64,000 nucleotides of DNA from a virus (taxonomy: Duplodnaviria; Caudoviricetes), in the IMG/VR virus record IMGVR_UViG_3300036833_000307, positions 38,564 to 102,563 of that record. The stretch is one strand, 5' to 3'. The notes beneath the pieces were generated by a model. The model worked only from the letters and a program-made list of their open reading frames with translations. It was not told where the DNA came from and ran no database searches. The position numbers were made by a program, and so were the translations under genes. Shown here piece by piece: positions 54,964 to 64,000 of this stretch (the stretch's first letter is position 1; each line of letters opens with the position of its first letter).

Positions 54964-56478
54964 CTAGCCAGGCGCGATATTGGTGATGAAGCCGAGCGAC
55001 GGCGGGAAGTAGTGCTGCAGGACCTCGTCGGAATAGCAGCCGTACTCGTATTTCCTGGTGCGTAACGGCCACTCGATCTGGTAGTAGTCCTTGCGGGTGC
55101 GGACCTGATAGACGTTGGTCACGTCATTCAGCGCGTATGGCAGCTCCGAGGTGGTGAACAGCACATTGCCCGGCGGCATGTCGGGATGCAGCCGGATCGG
55201 GATCTCCTGTGCTTGGCCCATGCCGAACGGGTTCAGGTAGCCGCGCACCGACGAGCCACCGCGCACGCGATCCTGGGCGGTGGCGATGGTAAAGCGAGAC
55301 AATGGAACCGAAGCAGAAGGAGCCTGCAATACTTTCCTGCGAAAGTAGTTTTGCTCCTGCGAGCTCACCCACATCTCGTCGGGACTTAGCCTGAAGTTGT
55401 CCCAGAACGATTGGAGCGCCGCGTCGATTTCAACGATACCGCCTGATCCGTCCGCGGTCAGCGGTGTACCGACACCATCGGTGCCGGTCGGCATCGCCGC
55501 CCAGTACGAACCGGACCCGGCCTTCGCCGCGATCGCCGCGAAGCCATCGAACACCAACTGATTGACCGAGTTGTCGCCCGAGATGGTGGAGAACGCCTGA
55601 GTGCCCGCCGTCACCGGCAAAGCGCCGGTATAGAGCACCGAATTGATGTTGGTGATGGCGGCCAGGATCTGGACGCCGCCGGAGCCGATATACCAGGCAT
55701 AGCCGAACGCGCCGACCACCGGGGCGACGTGCGCCGAGACCGACGAGTTGGCCGCCGTGGTCGCCGCCGTGCCGATTGTCGAAGGACCGGCCGCACCGCC
55801 ACCATAGGTGTCGATCGAGCCGTCGGCGTTGGTACGGCTGATCTGCTGCGGCACGCCGCCGGCCAGCGTCGATAGTCGCCTGCCTTCCATGGTCAGCGCG
55901 ACGCAGCCGACCTGCACGGTGATGCCGGTGCCGATCCCACCCCCCGAGCCAATCGCAGTAACCGATGGCGTCGGCGTGGTGGCAAGCCCGGTGATGCCGT
56001 TGCCGCCCAGGATGATGCGCTCTTCTTGGATCATCAGCGCGCGCAGCAGCGACTGCACCGCGGTCGATTTGAGGTCCTGGAACCCCTCGGCCGACATATC
56101 GGCTTCGAAGGTCACGTAGTTGTCGAGGCCGATCCCGCGGTAGGCAGCGAAGTAATCCCTGGTGGTCTGATCCATCACGCCGCCGCGGTTCCCCTGCCCC
56201 AGCCCGGCGCTGATATTGCTCGGATTTATCGCGGTGATCGCCCGCCAATTGGCTTGAATGCCCCGGCCGCCGCCCACTCTGGGGATCTTGTTCCGCAACG
56301 GCGTCAGCACCGGATACAGCAGCTTGGCTGGCGCTTCGAGATCGTAGACCTGCAACCCGGTCGACGCCCCGGTGGGTTGCAACCAGGCTTTCGCCAGTGG
56401 CGAAGCGCCAACGCTGGCCGCGTTCGACGCCATTTGCTCGCGCACGAGACGCACGCTTTCAGAGACGGTACCAGACAT
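54964..56478 (-). CDS. major capsid protein
   Basis: YDLE.PAK.LYPV.TPLRN.IPR; EE..ILGGN; I..HP.MP.G; YYQIEWP; upstream of the neck genes. Confidence 0.8.
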   Translation of the reverse strand: MSGTVSESVRLVREQMASNAASVGASPLAKAWLQPTGASTGLQVYDLEAPAKLLYPVLTPLRNKIPRVGGGRGIQANWRAITAINPSNISAGLGQGNRGGVMDQTTRDYFAAYRGIGLDNYVTFEADMSAEGFQDLKSTAVQSLLRALMIQEERIILGGNGITGLATTPTPSVTAIGSGGGIGTGITVQVGCVALTMEGRRLSTLAGGVPQQISRTNADGSIDTYGGGAAGPSTIGTAATTAANSSVSAHVAPVVGAFGYAWYIGSGGVQILAAITNINSVLYTGALPVTAGTQAFSTISGDNSVNQLVFDGFAAIAAKAGSGSYWAAMPTGTDGVGTPLTADGSGGIVEIDAALQSFWDNFRLSPDEMWVSSQEQNYFRRKVLQAPSASVPLSRFTIATAQDRVRGGSSVRGYLNPFGMGQAQEIPIRLHPDMPPGNVLFTTSELPYALNDVTNVYQVRTRKDYYQIEWPLRTRKYEYGCYSDEVLQHYFPPSLGFITNIAPG

Positions 56479-56766
56479 GGATGAAGGTTCCCGCCGCGCC
56501 CGCAATCCGCGGCGTGTAACGGGAGGACCGGCACCAGGAAGCGCCAGTGCGTCAGCGCAGGTTTGCCGTGCCCCCGCGGCTAGGTGGGAAGGGCAGTGCC
56601 GGCGGCTCAGACCGGCGAAACGCGAGCTGTATGACCCGGTCCGTGACGGACATAGGCTGCGGCCATACCGCTACGGACCGGGTCAAAAGGTGCTGCTCAA
56701 CACCCAGGTGTCAGCGTTTTCAGATCGCGACACTCATTTCAAGCGGAAAAATTCGGCCCGCCACGG

Positions 56767-58287
56767 CTAGCCTGGCGGAACCAATGGCGTGCCACCGGCC
56801 TGATGCACCCGGCCAATCAGGAATTTTGCCGCGGCCCCGCCTTCGCTGTCCTGCTTCGCCAGCTTCTCCAGCGTCGTCACATCGCCCTCGGTGGTCACGG
56901 CACCTGCCGGTACCCCGTCCTCAGATTTGGAGACCGCAACCGTCTTGGCCGCGCCGCGCGGCGGTGCCGGCTGACCGGCAAGCGCTTCGTAGCGCGCCTT
57001 CAGCATCTCAAACGCCTGATCCTTTTCGCCCAGTTGCTTTTGCAAGCGCGGCATTTGCTTCTGCATCGTGCTGAGTTGCTCGATCGCCTCGCTGAGCGAC
57101 ATGTCGCTTAACCCGGGCATGTTGATCTCGGCCTCGCCGGCCAGGATCTTCGCCAACGGCTGGTCGAGCAGCGGCTCGCCGCGTTGCAGCCCGACATTGC
57201 GGATGTCCGCCTGATCACCGCCCGCACCCGGAGCGGTTACATCACCGGTCTGACCCATCGCCTGCTGCAGTGAGCCGGCGATGACCACGATAATGGAAGC
57301 CAGCCGAGTGATGGTTTCGACCGGGTTCTGCGGCATATCGTCAGCCGGACCGGCCTGGTCGACAGCGCCAGCATCATCGCCGGTATCGTCGCCGGTATCG
57401 CTGCCCTCGTCGGCGGCGTCCCCGCGCCCCAGATTGCGACCGACTTCGTCAGCCGCACGCCGCTTTGGCGGAAACGGCGGCGCCGCCTTATCCAGCGGCT
57501 CGAACACCAGCGGCAACGCATCGACCAGTTCGAGCGGGATCGCCTCGGGATCCTGCTTCAGCATCTCGTCGGCGATGTCGCGCGCGTCCTCGACCAGGCT
57601 CGCGCCCAAGCCGGCGATCGCGGTCAGCACATCCAGCGGTTCGGTCAGATAGGCGGTGTATTCTTCCGGCAGCGCCGTTTTCACCAAGAGCTCGCCCCAG
57701 CTGCCTTCGATCTTCACCAACTCGCCCGAGGCCTCAGCGCGACCAACGTCTTGGTCATCCTCCGGCAGTTCGGCGGTGTCGTTGACCAACTGCCGCAACA
57801 CCAGCACGCCATGGTCGAGGTAGCGATCGAGCAGTGGAATTTCCTCGTCGCCTTTGATTGCCGCTACGCTGTCGGCCATCTTGGCGAGCCCGTGGGCGAA
57901 CAGGGCGATGTGGTCGAGACCTTCGCCGATCGGCTCGGGATCGGCGCCGTATTCCGCTTCGAGCTGGCCGCCCAGGGCTTCGCCGAATTCGCTGAAGCTC
58001 TTGCTCAGCCGCTCATCCATATCCGGCGTTCCGGACGCGACGATACCGGTCACGCTGTCGCGGAGCGTGTCGACAAGTGAAGCTACATCCTTGCGCATGG
58101 CAGGCTCCTTGTTGCGCGTGACCCAGGATGTGTTGAGCAGCGGTATGCGCCGGCGCCGGACGTCGCCGCTGCGACGCCCGGGCCGGAGATCGGTATTGGT
58201 CAGTCCGCCGAACGGATTGGAGCTTTGGCCGAAGCCCCCGCCGGTCCCTCCCGGGCCGGTCGTCATGCCACCACCGCTGCCGCTCAT
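56767..58287 (-). CDS. putative scaffolding protein
   Basis: acidic, with a C-terminal coiled coil; immediately upstream of the capsid gene; ATGA-coupled start MSGSG. Confidence 0.55.
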   Translation of the reverse strand: MSGSGGGMTTGPGGTGGGFGQSSNPFGGLTNTDLRPGRRSGDVRRRRIPLLNTSWVTRNKEPAMRKDVASLVDTLRDSVTGIVASGTPDMDERLSKSFSEFGEALGGQLEAEYGADPEPIGEGLDHIALFAHGLAKMADSVAAIKGDEEIPLLDRYLDHGVLVLRQLVNDTAELPEDDQDVGRAEASGELVKIEGSWGELLVKTALPEEYTAYLTEPLDVLTAIAGLGASLVEDARDIADEMLKQDPEAIPLELVDALPLVFEPLDKAAPPFPPKRRAADEVGRNLGRGDAADEGSDTGDDTGDDAGAVDQAGPADDMPQNPVETITRLASIIVVIAGSLQQAMGQTGDVTAPGAGGDQADIRNVGLQRGEPLLDQPLAKILAGEAEINMPGLSDMSLSEAIEQLSTMQKQMPRLQKQLGEKDQAFEMLKARYEALAGQPAPPRGAAKTVAVSKSEDGVPAGAVTTEGDVTTLEKLAKQDSEGGAAAKFLIGRVHQAGGTPLVPPG

Positions 58288-61200
58288 GCTGTTGGCTTTG
58301 CATGGTGGCCCATGGTGCGCAGCGCATGTTGCGGCACGTGTTCGCCGTAACGGCTGAGATGGCGATAGAGCAGGTTGGCGCCCTCGTCGGTCAGTGCGCC
58401 AGCCAACGTCGAGCCAATTAGCGTGCCGGTTGGACCGATCCAAGGATCGGCCATGGTGCCGACCGCGCCGCCGAGCACCCTGGCAACCGTGCCTGCAATA
58501 GTGCGGCGTGCCGCGCCCCCTATAACAGTGCGACCGATGCGCGGCGCCAGCGCACTGAAGCCGACCTGGGCGGCGCCGCCGGCGACCTGGCGGACCGCCA
58601 TCGCGTTGGTATCCTGCACCGGCTGGGGTGTCCGATCGCCCATCGCGCGGCCGAGCGCCTGGCCGCCGGACTGGCCGACCATCGAACCACCCAACCCGCC
58701 CAACGTGCTGAGGCCGAGCTGCATCGCCCGGCTGACCATGCCGCCACCTGGCATGTAGTGCGAGGCGATATGGTGCACTGCGTCGTAGCCGGCTTGCGAC
58801 AGACCGTAGGTGCCGAGCTGACCGAGTGCGTGCGCCGGCGACAGCATCGACGGCTTGGTCGGTGCCATGCCCGGAGTGTCAGGTGGCCGTCGGTCGGCGA
58901 ACTCGTCCGGCTGTTCCGGGCCAGGCGAGGCCGGTTGCGGCATTGCCAGGCGGGCGTCGCTGATCGCGCCGATCTGCGGCGGCGGCAGACCCAGCCGGCG
59001 GCGGTGATGCTCGGCGAGTTGCTTTTCGAGGCCGAAGATCTTGTAGAGATCACCGCGGATTTCGCCCTTGCGGGGACGATGCAAATCGACCGCCTCGTCG
59101 ACCCCGCGCATGCCGGCACGGTGTTGCGCTTCTTCGGTCGCGTCCGGATGGTCTCGCATAAAGGCCATCCGGTTGTTGTGGTAGATCGCGCGCAGCGCTT
59201 CCCTGAAGGTGTCCTCGTTCGCCCAACGGTCGGGGCGATCCTCCTCCGGCACGTCGTGCAGGATCTGCACGAAGGCCTCTTCGAACCGGTGCTCCGGTGA
59301 TGGTCCAGCGGCTCCTGGTGTCTCGACCGAAGTCGGCGGATTGCTCTTATGCTCGCGTCTCCACACCTGGTTGAGCGTGTCGATCAGCTTTAGCTGAGGT
59401 CCTTCGCCGAGGCCGCGTGAGCGCGCCAGCCAGATCACCCGGCGCATCTGCGCGTAATCGTCGGCATTGCGCAGCGCCAGGCCACCCAGGTTCATCACCC
59501 GGGTCAATTCAGTGGTGATCCTGCCGGCATCCCGGCTCTGATAGATCTGCGGGTTTGGCAGAATGCCGCGAGCGACCTTGCCTTCCCGCTCGGTGCCGAA
59601 CAACAAGCCGGCCCGCTGGCCTAGCGTCAGGAGCTGACTGTACTGGCCGACAAAGGTCTGCGCGAGCGAACGCCAGTAGCGGTTCGCATCGGACTGTGCC
59701 TGATGCACCTGGCGGTTTTTGCTCAGCCAGTCGACGTGGTCGCGATAAAGCCCACGAGCGACATCGCGGGACGCGGCATCGGCGTTGGCTTCGGTCTGAT
59801 CATTGCCACGATGCTGGAACTGGAAGCCTTCCGGCCCTGCGGTGTGCAGGTGTGGCTCGAGGGTATCGGCGGCTTTCTTGACCTCGTTCTCGTTCTGCAC
59901 GTTGACCTTGCCGGCGCGATCGCGCTCGCCGCCGCCGCCGCCGCCGCCGCGCACTGAGTTGCGCACCCGGTCGACTTCGACGTTGGTCGGAATGTCAGTA
60001 TAATCCGAGCCATCCTTCGAACGGATGTGGACGCCCCAGAGGAATTTCTCGCGTCCCTTACGATCCTTGTAGGAGAGGCCGTACAGCGCCTCGTTCGGCC
60101 GCTTGATCGGATCCGGCCATTCGGTGACGACATCGATGTCGCGTGGCATCTGCGGCTGCTTGATTCGTTTGCCGCGGGGAGCCGCGAGATCGATGATACC
60201 GGCCGCGGTGCCGAGACCGATCAGCGACATGATCATCTTATGGTGCTGACGAAACCATCCGCTCATCTTCTCGCCGTAATCCGCCGCGCCGATCGCCATC
60301 TTCTTGGCGGATGCCCAGGCTTGCGCCGGAGCGAGGTTGGCATGCACCTGGTCATAAACGTCGCGCATGGTCCCGGTCAGTGCCTCGCGATGCGCGCGTG
60401 CCAGGTCGGCCGTGTCGGCCGCTGCCTGCTTCGCCCGCCCGGCCATTGCCGCCAGCACTTTCGGCGTCAGCTTGCTGATTACGCCCGGTTCGGTGATGCG
60501 GCCCTGCAATGCGGCTTCGGTCGCAGCCACCATGTCGTCGAGATGATCGTGCGCCTCGGCCGCTTCGTCGGCCAATTGCTCGTGAAATTCCTTGACCGCG
60601 TCGATGCGCAGTCTCTCGATGTGCTTCGGAATGTCGGTGATCAGCGGCTCGAAAACCTTGGTCTTCTTGCGCGAGAACGGGTTGATGACATTCAGCGCTT
60701 CGCGCGGCTCGAAACCCTCGCGTTCTGCCGTGCGCGCGGCGGCGTGCACGCTCTGCTCGGTATCGATATCGATCGCCAGCTTGGCCAAGCGCTGATCGGC
60801 GCCTTCCAACCAGGTCGGGATGTGGTTCTCGACCTCCTCGATAGCCTTGTCGATTGTGCGGGTGCGCACCGTATAGTTCATGCTGGTCTTGGCGAACTCG
60901 CGGACCTGCTCGATCGTCGGGTTGGCCTGGCGCAGCCCGTTCCAGCGGTGCTGGATGCTGCTCATATCAGCCTTGAGTTGGCCCTGTTCCTGGATCATGC
61001 GCGACAATGCCTCGCCATGCCGGCGCGACGTCTCGGCCCGCTCCTGATAGACGTGCTCGATATCCTCAGCGGCCTGGTTGCGAGTTTTCAGTGCGCTGTC
61101 CCAGATCTTCTTCTGTTCCGGGGTCAGTCGCGCTGCATCGATCGCATCGATCAGCGGGCCTTCCTTGGTCGTGCGCGGGATAGTCCGCTCAGCCTTTGGC

Positions 61201-63038
61201 AGTTCGTTGAAGCGGCGGGTGACCTCTCTTTCGAACTCGCGGTCCAGTTGATGGCGATACCAGGCCTTGGCGCCGGCCTGCATCGCCGCGCCCTTCTCAC
61301 GCATGAAGGTATCGACGGCATGCGCCTCCAACTCCGCCGAAATGTGCCGAATGTGCGGTTCACCTTCGACGCCGGGGGCGGCTGCTGCGATCCGTGGCCG
61401 ATGCTCTTGATGAAACTTATGCGCGTAGGCCGCGCGCGCGTGCTGTTCTGCTTCCTCGCGCATTGCCTCGTGCAGATTGATTTCCTTGGTCGCACCACCT
61501 TCGGTGACGGTTGTCGCGTGTCGACCTCGCAGCCGCTCGATCGCTTGAGCCAATAGTTCACGCTGCCCGCGCCGGGCAGCGATCGCGCCCGCTCCGATAC
61601 CGAGGCCAGCACCGATCATCGCGCCAGTCTTGGCGCCAGCGATCGCCGCCTGACCCTTGGAACGGAACCGCCCGCGCGGATCGCGCGGATGCTGCTGCAC
61701 GAACGCCGCCAGACCGGCACCGCTGAGGGCGCCGATACCAGCGCCAGCACCAGCCAATGCCACCCCATGGCCGGCGACATAGAGCGCCTGCGCCAGACGA
61801 TTGCGTGGCACCACGACGTGTGGACGGGCGCGAGCGAACGCTCTGCCGGCGGCACGATAGGCAGCTGTCCCGGGCGGTGCCGCCGCAGGCGCTGCTGTTG
61901 CCACCCTCCTGGCCGGCCGCAACATCGGCAGCCGGCGCAGCGCCGAGAACAACCGCCGCGTCGCCGCAGCGCCAAGCTGTTTCTCGAGCCCGTCCGGCGC
62001 ATCGAGCAGCGTCAGGAGCTCCGCCTGCTTGGCCAGCACCGCGGGTGCATCCCACAGGCTGCCCGCCGCTTTCCGCACCCGGCGCGGGAACATCACGTCC
62101 TCATAGGGACCGACATCTGATTGCCAGCGGTGCAGATATCCGGCGATCGGAATGCCGGGAATGAGCGCTCCGGTCACCGCTCCGGCGGCATGGCCAGCGA
62201 TCCGCGAGCCGGTTCTGGCTTCCATCGCCCGGCGCGCGAAACCCGCCGGCAGTGAGGTCAGCGCCAGGCCGTGGCCGGTCACCCGGCCGGCGAAGGCGCC
62301 GGCACGGCCACCCAACTCTTTGCCCCGTTCCACGGCTCGCACGCCGGCCGCGGCACGCGGCCGCGAGAAGGCAGAGCCAAGCTGCCGGTTGATCGCCGGA
62401 ATGGCATAGCGGGCGGCCAGAATCGGCGCTCGCACGGCAAGCCACCCCGCAGTCCGCCCACCCAACTTGCCGCCGCCGCGACCGATACGTTCGAGGATCC
62501 GGGTGGCCAGGCGATCAACCGGCGAGCCACCACCCCGCCATGGCACGCGATGGCTCGCCATGGCACCGGTGATGGCGCCCGCCACCAGACCAGCTGCACC
62601 GGCAATTTTCGGCCCGAGCACGCTGTAGCGCTGCTCGGGTATGACCTGGGTCTGCGCCGCTTCGAGCAACGCTGGATCGCCGGGCTCGATCCGTGGCACC
62701 AGCGGCCCGTCGTCACCACCACCGCCGCCATCTCCACCACGACCGCCGCCGGAGCGAAACCGACCACTGCGGCCGCGTGGATGACGCCCGGGATCGAACG
62801 GCCCGCGCGCCTTGGTGAGATCGCCCAGCGCCTGGCTCTGTAGCGAAAGCAACCGTCCATCCAGCATGGCGAGCGCGTGGGCGTGCGGATCGGCACCCGA
62901 ATGCCAGCGCTTGTACAGCTTCTTGGCGAGCGACAGCTTGACCTGCAGGTCGGGTTGCGCGGCGACGATCTCGTTATGCGCCGCAACGCGGCTGCGCAGC
63001 GTCTCGATGATCGCCGGGTTGAAGACAGGCTTGCTCAC
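58284..63038 (-). CDS. large head-associated / internal virion protein
   Basis: 1584 aa; two HPR...GRFRS motifs, repeated LEKQL, several glycine-zipper hydrophobic segments. Confidence 0.65.
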   Translation of the reverse strand: MSKPVFNPAIIETLRSRVAAHNEIVAAQPDLQVKLSLAKKLYKRWHSGADPHAHALAMLDGRLLSLQSQALGDLTKARGPFDPGRHPRGRSGRFRSGGGRGGDGGGGGDDGPLVPRIEPGDPALLEAAQTQVIPEQRYSVLGPKIAGAAGLVAGAITGAMASHRVPWRGGGSPVDRLATRILERIGRGGGKLGGRTAGWLAVRAPILAARYAIPAINRQLGSAFSRPRAAAGVRAVERGKELGGRAGAFAGRVTGHGLALTSLPAGFARRAMEARTGSRIAGHAAGAVTGALIPGIPIAGYLHRWQSDVGPYEDVMFPRRVRKAAGSLWDAPAVLAKQAELLTLLDAPDGLEKQLGAAATRRLFSALRRLPMLRPARRVATAAPAAAPPGTAAYRAAGRAFARARPHVVVPRNRLAQALYVAGHGVALAGAGAGIGALSGAGLAAFVQQHPRDPRGRFRSKGQAAIAGAKTGAMIGAGLGIGAGAIAARRGQRELLAQAIERLRGRHATTVTEGGATKEINLHEAMREEAEQHARAAYAHKFHQEHRPRIAAAAPGVEGEPHIRHISAELEAHAVDTFMREKGAAMQAGAKAWYRHQLDREFEREVTRRFNELPKAERTIPRTTKEGPLIDAIDAARLTPEQKKIWDSALKTRNQAAEDIEHVYQERAETSRRHGEALSRMIQEQGQLKADMSSIQHRWNGLRQANPTIEQVREFAKTSMNYTVRTRTIDKAIEEVENHIPTWLEGADQRLAKLAIDIDTEQSVHAAARTAEREGFEPREALNVINPFSRKKTKVFEPLITDIPKHIERLRIDAVKEFHEQLADEAAEAHDHLDDMVAATEAALQGRITEPGVISKLTPKVLAAMAGRAKQAAADTADLARAHREALTGTMRDVYDQVHANLAPAQAWASAKKMAIGAADYGEKMSGWFRQHHKMIMSLIGLGTAAGIIDLAAPRGKRIKQPQMPRDIDVVTEWPDPIKRPNEALYGLSYKDRKGREKFLWGVHIRSKDGSDYTDIPTNVEVDRVRNSVRGGGGGGGERDRAGKVNVQNENEVKKAADTLEPHLHTAGPEGFQFQHRGNDQTEANADAASRDVARGLYRDHVDWLSKNRQVHQAQSDANRYWRSLAQTFVGQYSQLLTLGQRAGLLFGTEREGKVARGILPNPQIYQSRDAGRITTELTRVMNLGGLALRNADDYAQMRRVIWLARSRGLGEGPQLKLIDTLNQVWRREHKSNPPTSVETPGAAGPSPEHRFEEAFVQILHDVPEEDRPDRWANEDTFREALRAIYHNNRMAFMRDHPDATEEAQHRAGMRGVDEAVDLHRPRKGEIRGDLYKIFGLEKQLAEHHRRRLGLPPPQIGAISDARLAMPQPASPGPEQPDEFADRRPPDTPGMAPTKPSMLSPAHALGQLGTYGLSQAGYDAVHHIASHYMPGGGMVSRAMQLGLSTLGGLGGSMVGQSGGQALGRAMGDRTPQPVQDTNAMAVRQVAGGAAQVGFSALAPRIGRTVIGGAARRTIAGTVARVLGGAVGTMADPWIGPTGTLIGSTLAGALTDEGANLLYRHLSRYGEHVPQHALRTMGHHAKPTA

Positions 63039-63985
63039 GAGTTGGCTTTGTCGTCGTCATCCGATGAGCCGCCACTCGTGGCACGGCCCAGGGTAAAGCC
63101 GAGCGCTCCCGCTCCCAGCGCATGCGCTGCCGGGCTCAGGCCGACAATCCGCCCGCCCGACGCTTGGCCCGCTGGCACCAGAGCGGTACCGGCGGCACGG
63201 CGGGAGATGCCCTGACCAATGGCGCTCCCGACGCGTTTGATGCCAGCTCGGATGAGTGACCCAAGCTGCTTCTCGAGGACTTCGTCGTCTAGTTCAATCA
63301 CCTCGGTTAATTCGTCGATGTGCTCGACTACGCCGTAAGGCTCAACTTTCTTTACGCCCGCATTCTTGCCGTGCTTGGCGATCCAGTCATCCACCTCGTC
63401 AGGATGCATGAGATAGAGCTTGTGCTGTGGCCTGCCGAAGCGGCTGAAGTGCCCGACACCAATGCCTGACGGATTGTGCAGCATGCCCCCGGAATGCGGG
63501 ATTTCCATCAGCACATGCGAGCCCGCTTCGGTGTGCGGCTTCATTTTGTCATAAGCTTCGTGCGTATCGGCCACGTTGTGCCAGAAGTGCTCGGCTTCCT
63601 GCTTGACGCGCGCCATCTTGTTATCGTGCCCGAGCAGTGACTGCGAGGCATGCCGATGCAGCGTGTCGTGGTACGCCTCCATGTCGAGCGAGCCCTCTTT
63701 GCGCCAGCGTGCCTTGGCCGCGGCAACCCGCTCGGCACGCTGCTTTTCGGTCAGCGCTCCCAGCTTGCGCTCCATGGTGCCGCGCTGCCGGCGCCGCTCG
63801 ATGGTGCGTTTCAGTTCGCTGGCCGCGTGTTCGGCCAGGGGCGCGATGCTGGCGCCCGGAACCGCGCGGGCCGCTACTCGGCCAGCCAAATGCGTTGTCA
63901 GGTCGATACCACGCCCAGCCTTGCGGTGCGTGTAGCTGCCGGGCTCATCAGGTTTCTGCAAGCTTTTCCGGCGCACTTTCTCCAA
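63035..63985 (-). CDS. head-associated hypothetical protein (5' end may lie outside the window)
   Basis: LEKQLG motif; C-terminal GAGALGFTLG. Confidence 0.55.
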   Translation of the reverse strand: MEKVRRKSLQKPDEPGSYTHRKAGRGIDLTTHLAGRVAARAVPGASIAPLAEHAASELKRTIERRRQRGTMERKLGALTEKQRAERVAAAKARWRKEGSLDMEAYHDTLHRHASQSLLGHDNKMARVKQEAEHFWHNVADTHEAYDKMKPHTEAGSHVLMEIPHSGGMLHNPSGIGVGHFSRFGRPQHKLYLMHPDEVDDWIAKHGKNAGVKKVEPYGVVEHIDELTEVIELDDEVLEKQLGSLIRAGIKRVGSAIGQGISRRAAGTALVPAGQASGGRIVGLSPAAHALGAGALGFTLGRATSGGSSDDDDKANS

Positions 63986-64000
63986 TCGATCAGTGAGCGC

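Noticed and set aside
56590-56625. Eleventh junction element (GGCAGT-gccgg..ccggc-GAAA)
   Set aside because: It is antisense to the capsid operon, has no downstream start codon, has a truncated linker and lacks a convincing stem III.
1-64000. tRNA genes, integrase/att sites, terminase, portal, endolysin
   Set aside because: None recognised by eye. They may lie outside the window, so lifestyle cannot be assigned.

Overview
This is a 64-kb segment of a GC-rich tailed phage or prophage. The long tape measure protein and GTA-like tail tip (DUF2460/DUF2163/NlpC-P60/J-like) point to a siphovirus, and a GcrA-like gene plus an alphaproteobacterial-type SSB suggest an alphaproteobacterial host. Layout: (1) 63-6477, VRR-NUC nuclease, small leftward genes, a GGWCC-rich candidate origin, and a Prim-Pol + AAA helicase replication module; (2) 6478-7088, divergent control region; (3) 7089-21438, rightward early/accessory arm with many small genes, an N6-adenine methyltransferase, ERF recombinase, SSB, HNH, LAGLIDADG and GcrA-like genes; (4) 21530-63985, leftward morphogenesis arm. 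No terminase, portal, integrase, endolysin, reverse transcriptase, tRNA or CRISPR array was recognised. Two multi-copy non-coding families stand out. (A) Ten three-way-junction elements with hammerhead-like geometry but a non-canonical core (YAG.. instead of CUGA..) occur in two circular permutations, each just upstream of an early gene's start codon. (B) Six dispersed units each read sigma70-like promoter, then about 11-17 G(G/A)C-NN pentamer repeats, then a GC-rich hairpin. They lie in either orientation and look like a family of small repeat RNAs. All family assignments are by eye from motifs and synteny; no database search was run.
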